64,000 bases of DNA from Utricularia gibba (taxonomy: Eukaryota; Plantae; Magnoliophyta): NCBI GenBank assembly GCA_002189035.1, contig NEEC01000041.1, positions 78,719 through 142,718 of the forward strand, read 5' to 3'. Positions 1 through 15,000 of the stretch are shown here, piece by piece. A model generated the notes under the pieces. The model was not told the DNA's origin. It saw only the letters and a program-made list of their open reading frames with translations, and searched no databases. The position numbers and the translations under genes are program-made. How positions within the stretch are numbered: the stretch's first letter is position 1; the number at the start of each line of letters is the position of its first letter.

Positions 1-3000
1 TCGTTCCGAGCCGGTCTTCTTTCGTTTGAGAACTTGTTCGTCCGATGCTCGAAAGATTGCCTTATATTAGCCTTTGTGCAACGAAGTGGCCGTTCGCGAC
101 GACTCGGGACACCCGACTCGATGCGAATGTGATTTTTGGTGTCGAGATGACTTGATGCCATGGGTGTGTCCCTAGCCACAACCTCATGGTGGCCTCGTGC
201 ACTCTTCGGTATCGAGTGGATATCTTGCACAATGCTCGAAAGATAGCCTTATATTAGCCTTAGATGTGCAACGAAGTGGCCACCACGTTCGCGACGATGC
301 GACTCGGACACCCGACTCGATGCGAATGTGATTTTCGGCATGCAAGACATATGTATTTCATGGGACGATGTGAAATATTTCTTCATTTCGAGAGAATCTT
401 ATTCGTCCATGAGGTTGAGGTCCCTGCTCGAAAGATTGCCTTATATTAGCCTTCAGATGTGCAACGAAGTGGCCACCGTGCGACTTCGCGACTCTTCGGA
501 TGATCACCATGGATATCGTGCAATCGAATGTGTGATGAGTCATGTTGCACATATCATAAGACATATTCCGAGCCGACTTCTGTTCGATGTTGAGATTTGT
601 ATCGTCCGATGCCATGGGTGTGTCCCTAGCCACAACAAATGCTCGTGCACTCATTCGGTATAGTTATAAGATCTTGCAAACGATGCGACTCGGGACACAC
701 TCATGCGAATTGCGCACATATGCATACGACGTTTCGAAGACTCCGATCGAGTGGATATCTTGCAAATGGTGATTTCGGCGATGTGAGAGACTTGTTCGTC
801 CGAGAGAGGCACATGGGACGAAAGATTTTGTGATTCTTATATTTCATGCCGCAGATGCATGGGTGTGTCCCTAGCCACAACCTCATGGTGGCCTCGTGCA
901 CTCTTCGGTATCGAGTGGATATCTTGCAAATGGTGATGAGTCATGTTGCACATAGCATACCGTTTCGAAGCTCGTTCCGAGCCGGTCTTCTTTCGTGTTG
1001 AGAACTTGTTCGTCGAGGAGGCACAAATGCTCGAAAGATTGCCTTATATTAGCCTTACAACGAAGTGGCCATTCGCGAATGCGACTCGGACACCCGACTC
1101 GATGCGAATGTGATTTTCGGCATGCAACCATTGATATGGGATGAATGTGGAATATTTGTTCGAGATGATCATTTAAGATGCCATGGGACTCGATGAGCCA
1201 CAACCAAGACGCCTCGTGGGACTCTTCGGTATCGAGTGATATCTTGCAAATGGTGATGAGTCATGTTGCACATATCATACCGTTTCGAAGCTCGTTCCGA
1301 GCCGGTCTTCTTTCGTGTTGAGAACTTGTTCGTCCGAGGAGGCACAAATGCTCGAAGTTTGCCTTATATTAGCCTTAAGATGTGCAACGAAGTGGCCACA
1401 ACGTTCGCGACGATGCGACTCGGGACACCCGACTCGATGCGAATGTGATTTTCGGCATGCAAGACATATGTATTTCATGGGACGATGTGAATTTGGATTT
1501 CGAGATGATCATTTAAGATGCCATGGGTGTGTCCCTAGCCACAACCTCATGGTGGCCTCGTGCACTCTTCGGTATCGAGTGGATATCTTGCAAATGGTGA
1601 TGAGTCATGTTGCACATAGCATACCGTTTCGAAGCTCGTTCCGAGCCGGTCTTCTTTCGTGTTGAGAACTTGTTCGTCCGAGGAGGCACAAATGCTCGAA
1701 AGATTGCCTTATATTAGCCTTAGATGTGCAACGAAGTGTTCGCGACGATGCGACTCGGGACACCCGACTCGATGCGAATGTGATTTTCGGCATGCAAGAC
1801 ATATGTATTTCATGGGACGATGTGAAATTTGGATTTCGAGATGATCATTTAAGATGCCATGGGTGTGTCCCTAGCCACAACCTCATGGTGGCCTCGTGCA
1901 CTCTTCGGTATCGAGTGGATATCTTGCAAATGGTGATGAGTCATGTTGCACATAGCATACCGTTTCGAAGCTCGTTCCGAGCCGGTCTTCTTTCGTGTTG
2001 AGAACTTGTTCGAGGAGGCACAAATGCTCGAAAGATTGCCTTATATTAGCCTTAGATGTGCAACGAAGTGGCCACACGTTCGCGACGATGCGACTCGGGA
2101 CACCCGACTCGATGCGAATGTGATTTTCGGCATGCAAGACATATGTATTTCATGGGACGATGTGAAATTTGGATTTCGAGATGATCATTTAAGATGCCAT
2201 GGGTGTGTCCCTAGCCACAACCTCATGGTGGCCTCGTGCACTCTTCGGTATCGAGTGGATATCTTGCAAATGGTGATGAGTCATGTTGCACATAGCATAC
2301 CGTTTCGAAGCTCGTTCCGAGCCGGTCTTCTTTCGTGTTGAGAACTTGTTCGTCCGAGGAGGCACAAATGCTCGAAAGATTGCCTTATATTAGCCGATGT
2401 GCAACGAAGTGGCCACCACGTTCGCGACGATGCGACTCGGGACACCGACTCGATGCCATGCAAGACATATGTATTTCATGGGACGATCGAGATGATCATT
2501 TAAGATGCCATGGGTGTGTCCCTAGCCACAACCTCATGGTGGCCTCGTGCACTCTTCGGTATCGAGTGGATATCTTGCAAACGGTGATGAGTCATGTTGC
2601 ACATAGAGCCGGTCTCTTTCGTGTTGAGAACTTGTTCGTCCGAGGAGGCACAAATGCTCGAAAGATTGCCTTATATTAGCCTTAAGATGTGCAACGAAGT
2701 GGCCACCACGTTCGCGACGATGCGACTCGGGACACCCGACTCGATGCGAATGTGATTTTCATGCAAGACATATGTATTTCATGGGACGATGTGAAATTTG
2801 GATTTCGAGATGATCATTTAAGATGCCATGGGTGTGTCCCTAGCCACAACCTCATGGTGGCCTCGTGCACTCTTCGGTATCGAGTGGATATCTTGCAAAT
2901 GGTGATGAGTCATGTTGCACATATCATATCAAGCTCGTGCTCCGAGTGTGTCTTCTTTCGTGTGTGAGGCTCGTGCAGGAGGCGAGTGCTCGAAGATTGC

Positions 3001-6000
3001 CTTATATTAGCCTTAGATGTGCAACGAAGTGGCGTTCGCGACGATGCGACTCGGGACACCGACTCGATGCGAATGTGCGGCATGCAAGACATATGTATTT
3101 CATGGACGATGTGAATATTTGGATTCGAGATGATCATTTAAGATGCCATGGGTGTGTCCTAGCCACAACCTCATGGTGGCCTCGTGCACTCTTCGGTATC
3201 GAGTGGATATCTTGCAAATGGTGATGAGTCATGTTGCACATAGCATACCGTTTCGAAGCTCGTTCCGAGAGAACTTGTTCGTCCGAGGAGGCACAAATGC
3301 TCGAAAGATTGCCTTATATTAGCCTTAAGATGTGCAACGAAGTGGCCACCACGTTCGCGACGATGCGACTCGGGACACCCGACTCGATGCGAATGTGATT
3401 TTCGGCATGCAAGACATATGTATTTCATGGGACGATGTGAATATTTGGATTTCGAGATGATCATTTAAGATGCCATGGGTGTGTCCCTAGCCACAACCTC
3501 ATGGTGGCCTCGTGCACTCTTCGGTATCGAGTGGATATCTTGCAAAGGTGATGAGTCATGTTGCACATAGCATACCGTTTCGAAGCTCGTTCCGAGCCGG
3601 TCTTCTTTCGTGTTGAGAACTTGTTCGTCCGAGGAGGCACAAATGCTCGAAAGATTGCCTTATATTAGCCTTAAGATGTGCAACGAAGTGGCCACACGTT
3701 CGCGACGATGCGACTCGGGACACCCGACTCGATGCGAATGTGATTTTCGGCATGCAAGACATATGTATTTCATGGGACGATGTGAATATTTGGATTTCGA
3801 GATGATCATTTAAGATGCCATGGGTGTGTCCCTAGCCACAACCTCATGGTGGCCTCGTGCACTCTTCGGTATCGAGTGGATATCTTGCAAACGGTGATGA
3901 GTCATGTTGCACATAGCATACCGTTTCGAAGCTCGTTCCGAGCCGGTCTTCTTTCGTGTTGAGAACTTGTTCGTCCGAGGAGGCACAAATGCTCGAAAGA
4001 TTGCCTTATATTAGCCTTAAGATGTGCAACGAAGTGGCCACACGTTCGCGACGATGCGACTCGGGACACCGACTCGATGCGAATGTGATTTTCGGCATGC
4101 AAGACATATGTATTTCATGGGACGATGTGAAATTTTGGATTTCGAGATGATCATTTAAGATGCCATGGGTGTGTCCTAGCCACAACCTCATGGTGGCCTC
4201 GTGCACTCTTCGGTATCGAGTGGATATCTTGCAAATGGTGATGAGTCATGTTGCACATAGCATACCGTTTCGAAGCTCGTTCCGAGCCGGTCTTCTTTCG
4301 TGTTGAGAACTTGTTCGAGGAGGCACAAATGCTCGAAAGATTGCCTTATATTAGCCTTAGATGTGCAACGAAGTGGCCACACGTTCGCGACGATGCGACT
4401 CGGGACACCCGACTCGATGCGAATGTGATTTTCGGCATGCAAGACATATGTATTTCATGGGACGATGTGAATATTTGGATTTCGAGATGATCATTTAAGA
4501 TGCCATGGGTGTGTCCCTAGCCACAACCTCATGGTGGCCTCGTGCACTCTTCGGTATCGAGTGGATATCTTGCAAATGGTGATGAGTCATGTTGCACATA
4601 GCATACCGTTTCGAAGCTCGTTCCGAGCCGGTCTTCTTTCGTGTTGAGAACTTGTTCGTCCGAGGAGGCACAAATGCTCGAAAGATTGCCTTATATTAGC
4701 CTTAAGATGTGCAACGAAGTGGCCACACGTTCGCGACGATGCGACTCGGGACACCGACTCGATGCGAATGTGATTTTCGGCATGCAAGACATATGTATTT
4801 CATGGGACGATGTGAAGTCATTTGCACATAGCATTTCGAGATGATCATTTAAGATGCCATGGGTGTGTCCCTAGCCACAACCTCATGGTGGCCTCGTGCA
4901 CTCTTCGGTATCGAGTGGATATCTTGCAAACGGTGATGAGTCATGTTGCACATATCATACCGTTTCGAAGCTCGTTCCGAGCCGGTCTTCTTTCGTGTTG
5001 AGAACTTGTTCGTCCGAGGAGGCACAAATGCTCGAAAGATTGCCTTATATTAGCCTTAGATGATGTGCAACGAAGTGGCCACAAGACGTTCGCGACGATG
5101 CGACTCGGGACACCTTGCAAATGACTCGATGCGAATGTGATTTTCGGCATGCAAGACATATGTATTTCATGGGACGATGTGAATATTTGGATTATGTATT
5201 TCGAGATGATCATTTAAGATGCCATGGGTGTGTCCCTAGCCACAACCTCATGGTGGCCTCGTGCACTCTTCGGTATCGAGTGGATATCTTGCAAACGGTG
5301 ATGAGTCATGTTGCACATAGCATACCGTTTCGAAGCTCGTTCCGAGCCGGTCTTCTTTCGTGTTGAGAACTTGTTCGTCCGAGGAGGCACAAATGCTCGA
5401 AAGATTGCCTTATATTAGCCTTAAGATGTGCAACGAAGTGGCCACAACGTTCGCGACGATGCGACTCGGGACACCCGACTCGATGCGAATGTGATTTTCG
5501 GCATGCAAGACATATGTATTTCATGGGACGATGTGAATATTTGGATTTCGAGATGATCATTTAAGATGCCATGGGTGTGTCCCTAGCCACAACCTCATGG
5601 TGGCCTCGTGCACTCTTCGGTATTTATCTTGCAAACGGTGATGAGTCATGTTGCACATAGCATACCGTTTCGAAGCTGTTCCGAGCCGGTCTTCTTTCGT
5701 GTTGAGAACTTGTTCGTCCGAGGAGGCACAAATGCTCGAAAGATTGCCTTATATTTAGCCTTAAGATGTGCAACGAAGTGGCCACACGTTCGCGACGATG
5801 CGACTCGGGACACCCGACTCGATGCGAATGTGATTTTCGGCATGCAAGACATATGTATTTCATGGGACGATGTGAATATTTGGATTTCGAGATGATCATT
5901 TAAGATGCCATGGGTGTGTCCCTAGCCACAACCTCATGGTGGCCTCGTGCACTCTTCGGTATCGAGTGGATATCTTGCAAATGTGATGAGTCATGTTGCA

Positions 6001-9000
6001 CATAGCATACCGTTTCGAAGCTCGTTCCGAGCCGGTCTTCTTTCGTGTTGAGAACTTGTTCGTCCGAGGAGGCACAAATGCTCGAAAGATTGCCTTATAT
6101 TAGCCTTACGATGCGACTCGGGACACCGACTCGATGCGAATGTGATTTTCGGCATGCAAGACATATGTATTTCATGGGACGATGTGAATATTTGGATTTC
6201 GCATTTAAGATGCCATGGGTGTGTCCCTAGCCACAACCTCATGGTGGCGACTCTTCGGTATCGAGTGGATATCTTGCAAACGGTGATGAGTCATGTTGCA
6301 CATATCATACCGTTTCGAAGCTCGTTCCGAGCCGGTCTTCTTTCGTGTTGAGAACAGGAGGCACAAATGCAAAGATTGCCTTATATTAGTTAAGATGTGC
6401 AACGAAGTGGCCACAACGTTCGCGACGATGCGACTCGGGACACCCGACTCGATGCGAATGTGATTTTCGGCATGCAAGACATATGTATTTCGACGATGTG
6501 AATATTTGGATTTCGAGATGATCATTTAAGATGCCATGGGTGTGTCCCTAGCCACAACCTCATGGTGGCCTCGTGCACTCTTCGGTATCGAGTGGATATC
6601 TTGCAAACGGTGATGAGTCATGTTGCACATAGCATACCGTTTCGAAGCTCGTTCCGAGCCGTCTTCTTTCGTGTTGAGAACTTGTTCGTCCGAGGAGGCA
6701 CAAATGCTCGAAAGATTGCCTTATATTAGCCTTAAGATGTGCAACGAAGTGGCGAACTCGGGACACCCGACGATGCGTGTGATTTTCGGCATGAAGACAT
6801 ATGTATTTCATGGGACGATGTGAAATTTTGGATTTCGAGATTCATTTAAGATGCGGGTGTGTCCCTAGCCACAACCTCATGGTGGCCTCGTGCACTCTTC
6901 GGTATCGAGTGGATATCTTGCAAATGGTGATGAGTCATGTTGCACATAGCATACCGTTTCGAAGCTCGTTCCGAGCCGGTCTTCTTTCGTGTTGAGAACT
7001 GCGTCCGAAGGCACAAATGAAAGATTGCCTTATATTAGCCTTATGTGCAACGAAGTGGCCACAACGTTCGCGACGATTCGGACACCCGACTCGAATGTGA
7101 TTTTCGGCATGCAAGACATATGTATTTCATGGGACGATGTGAAATTTTGGATTTCGAGATGATCATTTAAGATGCCATGGGTGTGTCCCTAGCCACAACC
7201 TGGTGGCCTCGTGCAATCGAGTGGATTTTGCAAATGGTGATGAGTCATGTTGCACATAGCATACCGTTTCGAAGCTCGTTCCGAGCCGGTCTTCTTTCGT
7301 GTTGAGAACTTGTTCGTCCGAGGAGGCACAAATGCTCGAAAGATTGCCTTATATTAGATGGCCACCACGTTCGCGACGATGCGACTCGGGACACCGACTC
7401 GATGCGAATGTGATTTTCGGCATGCAAGACATATGTATTTCATGGGACGATGTGAAGATGCCATGGGTGTGTCCTAGCCACAACCTCATGGTGGCCTCGT
7501 GCACTCTTCGGTATCGAGTGGATATCTTGCAAACGGTGATGAGTCATGTTGCACATAGCATACCGTTTCGAAGCTCGTTCCGAGCCGGTCTACTTTCGTG
7601 TTGAGAACTTGTTCGTCCGAGGAGGCACAAATGCTCGAAAGATTGCCTTATATTAGCCTTAAGATGTGCAACGAAGTGGCCACAACGTTCGCGACGATGC
7701 GACTCGGGACACCCGACTCGATGCGAATGTGATTTTCGGCATGCAAGACATATGTATTTCATGGGACGATGTGAATATTTGGATTTCGAGATGATCATTT
7801 AAGATGCCATGGGTGTGTCCCTAGCCACAACCTCATGGTGGCCTCGTGCACTCTTCGGTATCGAGTGGATATCTTGCAAATGGTGATGAGTCATGTTGCA
7901 CATAGCATACCGTTTCGAAGCTCGTTCCGAGCCGGTCTTCTTTCGTGTTGAGAACTTGTTCGTCCGAGGAGGCACAAATGCTCGAAGATTGCCTTATATT
8001 AGCCTTAAGATGTGCAACGAAGGGCCACCACGTTCGCGACGATGCGACTCGGGACACCCGACTCGATGCGAATGTGATTTTCGGCATGCAAGACATATGT
8101 ATTTCATGGACGATGTGAAATTTTGGATTTCGAGATGATCATTTAAGATGCCATGGGTGTGTCCCTAGCCACAACCTCATGGTGGCCTCGTGCACTCTTC
8201 GGTATCGAGTGGATATCTTGCAAATGGTGATGAGTCATGTTGCACATAGCATACCGTTTCGAAGCTCGTTCCGAGCCGGTCTTCTTTCGTGTTGAGAACT
8301 TGTTCGTCCGAGGAGGCACAAATGCTCGAAAGATTGCCTTATATTAGCCTTAAGATGTGCAACGAAGTGGCCACCACGTTCGCGACGATGCGACTCGGGA
8401 CACCGACTCGATGCGAATGTGATTTTCGGCATGCAAGACATATGTATTTCATGGGACGATGTGAATATTTGGATTTCGAGATGATCATTTAAGATGCCAT
8501 GGGTGTGTCCCTAGCCACAACCTCATGGTGGCCTCGTGCACTCTTCGGTATCGAGTGGATATCTTGCAAATGGTGATGAGTCATGTTGCACATAGCATAC
8601 CGTTTCGAAGCTCGTTCCGAGCCGGTCTTCTTTCGTGTTGAGAACTTGTTCGTCCGAGGAGGCACAAATGCTCGAAAGATTGCCTTATATTAGCCTTAAG
8701 ATGTGCAACGAAGTGGCCACAACGTTCGCGACGATGCGACTCGGACACCGACTCGATGCGAATGTGATTTTCGGCATGCAAGACATATGTATTTCATGGG
8801 ACGATGTGAATATTTGGATTTCGAGATGATCATTTAAGATGCCATGGGTGTGTCCCTAGCCACAACCTCATGGTGGCCTCGTGCACTCTTCGGTATCGAG
8901 TGGATATCTTGCAAACGGTGATGAGTCATGTTGCACATATCATACCGTTTCGAAGCTCGTTCCGAGCCGTCTTCTTTCGTGTTGAGAACTTGTTCGTCCG

Positions 9001-12000
9001 AGGAGGCACAAATGCTCGAAAGATTGCCTTATATTAGCCTTAAGATGTGCAACGAAGTGGCCACCACGTTCGCGACGATGCGACTCGGGACACCCGACTC
9101 GATGCGAATGTGATTTTCGGCATGCAAGACATATGTATTTCATGGGACGATGTGAATATTTGGATTTCGAGATGATCATTTAAGATGCCATGGGTGTGTC
9201 CCTAGCCACAACCTCATGGTGGCCTCGTGCACTCTTCGGTATCGAGTGGATATCTTGCAAATGGTGATGAGTCATGTTGCACAGCATACCGTTTCGAAGC
9301 TCGTTCCGAGCCGGTCTTCTTTCGTGTTGAGAACTTGTTCGTCCGAGGAGGCACAAATGCTCGAAAGATTGCCTTATATTAGCCTTAAGATGTGCAACGA
9401 AAGTGGCCACCACGTTCGCGACGATGCGACTCGGGACACCCGACTCGATGTGTTTTCGGCATGCAAGACATATGTATTTCATGGGACGATGTGAATATTT
9501 GGATTTCGAGATGATCATTTAAGATGCCATGGGTGTGTCCCTAGCCACAACCTCATGGTGGCCTCGTGCACTCTTCGGTATCGAGTGGATATCTTGCAAA
9601 TGGTGATGAGTCATGTTGCACATAGCATACCGTTTCGAAGCTCGTTCCGAGCCGGTCTTCTTTCGTGTTGAGAACTTGTTCGTCCGAGGAGGCACAAATG
9701 CTCGAAAGATTGCCTTATATTAGCCTTAAGATGTGCAACGAAGTGGCCACAACGTTCGCGACGATGCGACTCGGGACCCCGACTCGATGCGAATGTGATT
9801 TTCGGCATGCAAGACATATGTATTTCATGGGACGATGTGAAATTTTTGATTTCGAGATGATCATTTAAGATGCCATGGGTGTGTCCCTAGCCACAACCTC
9901 ATGGTGGCCTCGTGCACTCTTCGGTATCGAGTGGATATCTTGCAAATGGTGATGAGTCATGTTGCACATAGCATACCGTTTCGAAGCTCGTTCCGAGCCG
10001 GTCTTCTTTCGTGTTGAGAACTTGTTCGTCCGAGGAGGCACAAATGCTCGAAAGATTGCCTTATATTAGCCTTAGATGTGCAACGAAGTGGCCACAACGT
10101 TCGCGACGATGCGACTCGGGACACCCGACTCGATGCGAATGTGATTTTCGGCATGCAAGACATATGTATTTCATGGACGATGTGAATATTTGATTTCGAG
10201 ATGATCATTTAAGATGCATGGGTGTGTCCCTAGCCACAACCTCATGGTGGCCTCGTGCACTCTTCGGTATCGAGTGGATATCTTGCAAACGGTGATGAGT
10301 CATGTTGCACATCGTTCCGAGCCGGTCTCTTTCGTGTTGAGAACTTGTTCGAAGCACAAATGCTCGAAAGATTGCCTTATATTAGCCTTAAGATGCAACG
10401 AAGTGGCCACAACGTTCGCGACGATGCGACTCGGGACACCCGACTCGATGCGAATGTGATTTTCGGCATGCAAGACATATGTTTTTCATGGGACGATGTG
10501 AATATTTGGATTTCGAGATGATCATTTAAGATGCCATGGGTGTGTCCCTAGCCACAACCTCATGGTGGCCTCGTGCACTCTTCGGTATCGAGTGGATATC
10601 TTGCAAACGGTGATGAGTCATGTTGCACATATCATACCGTTTCGAAGCTCGTTCCGAGCCGGTCTTCTTTCGTGTTGAGAACTTGTTCGTCCGAGGAGGC
10701 ACAAATGCTCGAAGATTGCCTTATATTAGCCTTAAGATGTGCAACGAAGTGGCCACCACGTTCGCGACGATGCGACTCGGGACACCCGACTCGATGCGAA
10801 TGTGATTTTCGGCATGCAAGACATATGTATTTCATGGGACGATGTGAATATTTGGATTTCGAGATGATCATTTAAGATGCCATGGGTGTGTCCCTAGCCA
10901 CAACCTCATGGTGGCCTCGTGCACTCTTCGGTATCGAGTGGATATCTTGCAAACGGTGATGAGTCATGTTGCACATAGCATACCGTTTCGAAGCTCGTTC
11001 CGAGCCGGTCTTCTTTCGTGTTGAGAACTTGTTCGTCCGAGGAGGCACAAATGCTCGAAAGATTGCCTTATATTAGCCTTAAGATGTGCAACGAAGTGGC
11101 CACCACGTTCGCGACGATGCGACTCGGGACACCCGACTCGATGCGAATGTGATTTTCGGCATGCAAGACATATGTATTTCATGGGACGATGTGAATTTGG
11201 ATTTCGAGATGATCATTTAAGATGCCATGGGTGTGTCCCTAGCCACAACCTCATGGTGGCCTCGTGCACTCTTCGGTATCGAGTGGATATCTTGCAAATG
11301 GTGATGAGTCATGTTGCACATAGCATACCGTTTCGAAGCTCGTTCCGAGCCGGTCTTCTTTCGTGTTGAGAACTTGTTCGTCCGAGGAGGCACAAATGCT
11401 CGAAAGATTGCCTTATATTAGCCTTAAGATGTGCAACGAAGTGGCCACCACGTTCGCGACGATGCGACTCGGGACACCCGACTCGATGCGAATGTGATTT
11501 TCGGCATGCAAGACATATGTATTTCATGGGACGATGTGAATATTTGGATTTCGAGATGATCATTTAAGATGCCATGGGTGTGTCCCTAGCCACAACCTCA
11601 TGTGGCCTCGTGCACTCTTCGGTATCGAGTGGATATCTTGCAAACGGTGATGAGTCATGTTGCACATATCATACCGTTTCGAAGCTCGTTCCGAGCCGGT
11701 CTTCTTTCGTGTTGAGAACTTGTTCGTCCGAGGAGGCACAAATGCTCGAAAGATTGCCTTATATTAGCCTTAAGATGTGCAACGAAGTGGCCACAACGTT
11801 CGCGACGATGCGACTCGGGACACCGACTCGATGCGAATGTGATTTTCGGCATGCAAGACATATGTATTTCATGGGACGATGTGAAATTTTGGATTTCGAG
11901 ATGATCATTTAAGATGCCATGGGTGTGTCCCTAGCCACAACCTCATGGTGGCCTCGTGCACTCTTCGGTATCGAGTGGATATCTTGCAAACGGTGATGAG

Positions 12001-15000
12001 TCATGTTGCACATATCATACCGTTTCGAAGCTCGTTCCGAGCCGGTCTTCTTTCGTGTTGAGAACTTGTTCGTCCGAGGAGGCACAAATGCTCGAAAGAT
12101 TGCCTTATATTAGCCTTAAGATGTGCAACGAAGTGGCCACAACGTTCGCGACGATGCGACTCGGGACACCCGACGATGCGAATGTGATTTTCGGCATGCA
12201 AGACATATGTATTTCATGGGACGATGTGAATATTTGGATTTCGAGATGATCATTTAAGATGCCATGGGTGTGTCCCTAGCCACAACCTCATGGTGGCCTC
12301 GTGCACTCTTCGGTATCGAGTGGATATCTTGCAAACGGTGATGAGTCATGTTGCACATATATACCGTTTCGAAGCTCGTTCCGAGCCGGTCTTCTTTCGT
12401 GTTGAGACTTGTTCGTCCGAGAGGCACAAATGCTCGAAAGATTGCCTTATATTAGCCTTAAGATGTGCAACGAAGTGGCCACCACGTTCGCGACGATGCG
12501 ACTCGGGACACCCGACTCGATGCGAATGTGATTTTCGGCATGCAAGACATATGTATTTCATGGGACGATGTGAATATTTGATTTCGAGATGATCATTTAA
12601 GATGCCATGGGTGTGTCCTAGCCACAACCTCATGGTGGCCTCGTGCACTCTTCGGTATCGAGTGGATATCTTGCAAATGGTGATGAGTCATGTTGCACAT
12701 AGCGTTCCGAGCCGTCTACTTTTCGTGTTGAGAACTTGTTCGTCCGAGGAGGGCTGCTCGAAAGATTGCCTTATATTAGCCTTAGATGTGCAACGAAGTG
12801 GCCACACGTTCGCGACGATGCGACTCGGGACACCCGACTCGATGCGAATGTGATTTTCGGCATGCAAGACATATGTATTTCATGGGACGATGTGAATATT
12901 TGGATTTCGAGATGATCATTTAAGATGCCATGGGTGTGTCCCTAGCCACAACCTCATGGTGGCCTCGTGCACTCTTCGGTATCGAGTGGATATCTTGCAA
13001 ACGGTGATGAGTCATGTTGCACATAGCATACCGTTTCGAAGCTCGTTCGAGCCGGTCTTCTTTCGTGTTGAGAACTTGTTCGTCCGAGGAGGCACAAATG
13101 CTCGAAAGATTGCCTTATATTAGCCTTAAGATGTGCAACGAAGTGGCCACACGTTCGCGACGATGCGACTCGGGACACCCGACTCGATGCGAATGTGATT
13201 TTCGGCATGCAAGACATATGTATTTCATGGGACGATGTGAATATTTGGATTTCGAGATGATCATTTAAGATGCCATGGGTGTGTCCCTAGCCACAACCTC
13301 ATGGTGGCCTCGTGCACTCTTCGGTATCGAGTGGATATCTTGCAAACGGTGATGAGTCATGTTGCACATAGCATACCGTTTCGAAGCTCGTTCCGAGCCG
13401 GTCTTCTTTCGTGTTGAGAACTTGTTCGTCCGAGGAGGCACAAATGCTCGAAAGATTGCCTTATATTAGCCTTAAGATGTGCAACGAAGTGGCCACCACG
13501 TTCGCGACGATGCGACTCGGGACACCGACTCGATGCGAATGTGATTTTCGGCATGCAAGACATATGTATTTCATGGGACGATGTGAAATTTTGGATTTCG
13601 AGATGATCATTTAAGATGCCATGGGTGTGTCCCTAGCCACAACCTCATGGTGGCCTCGTGCACTCTTCGGTATCGAGTGGATATCTTGCAAACGGTGATG
13701 AGTCATGTTGCACATAGCATACCGTTTCGAAGCTCGTTCCGAGCCGGTCTTCTTTCGTGTTGAGAACTTGTTCGTCCGAGGAGGCACAAATGCTCGAAAG
13801 ATTGCCTTATATTAGCCTTAAGATGTGCAACGAAGTGGCCACAACGTTCGCGACGATGCGACTCGGGACCCGACTCGATGCGAATGTGATTTTCGGCATG
13901 CAAGACATATGTATTTCATGGGACGATGTGAAATTTGGATTTCGAGATGATCATTTAAGATGCCATGGGTGTGTCCCTAGCCACAACCTCATGGTGGCCT
14001 CGTGCACTCTTCGGTATCGAGTGGATATCTTGCAAATGGTGATGAGTCATGTTGCACATATCATACCGTTTCGAAGCTCGTTCCGAGCCGGTCTTCTTTC
14101 GTGTTGAGAACTTGTTCGTCCGAGGAGGCACAAATGCTCGAAAGATTGCCTTATATTAGCCTAGATGTGCAACGAAGTGGCCACAACGTTCGCGACGATG
14201 CGACTCGGGACACCCGACTCGATGCGAATGTGATTTTCGGCATGCAAGACATATGTATTTCATGGGACGATGTGAAATTTTGGATTTCGAGATGATCATT
14301 TAAGATGCCATGGGTGTGTCCCTAGCCACAACCTCATGGTGGCCTCGTGCACTCTTCGGTATCGAGTGGATATCTTGCAAATGGTGATGAGTCATGTTGC
14401 ACATAGCGTTTCGAGCCGGTCTCTTTCGTGTTGAGAACTTGTTCGTCCGAGGAGGCACAAATGCTCGAAAGATTGCCTTATATTAGCCTTAGATGTGCAA
14501 CGAAGTGGCCACAACGTTCGCGACGATGCGACTCGGGACACCCGACTCGATGCGAATGTGATTTTCGGCATGCAAGACATATGTATTTCATGGGACGATG
14601 TGAATATTTGGATTTCGAGATGATCATTTAAGATGCCATGGGTGTGTCCCTAGCCACAACCTCATGGTGGCCTCGTGCACTCTTCGGTATCGAGTGGATA
14701 TCTTGCAAACGGTGATGAGTCATGTTGCACATAGCATACCGTTTCGAAGCTCGTTCCGAGCCGGTTTCTTTCGTGTTGAGAACTTGTTCGTCGAGGAGGC
14801 ACAAATGCTCGAAAGATTGCTTATATTAGCCTTAAGATGTGCAACGAAGTGGCCACACGTTCGCGACGATGCGACTCGGGACACCGACTCGATGCGAATG
14901 TGATTTTCGGCATGCAAGACATATGTATTTCATGGGACGATGTGAAATTTGATTTCGAGATGATCATTTAAGATGCCATGGGTGTGTCCCTAGCCACAAC

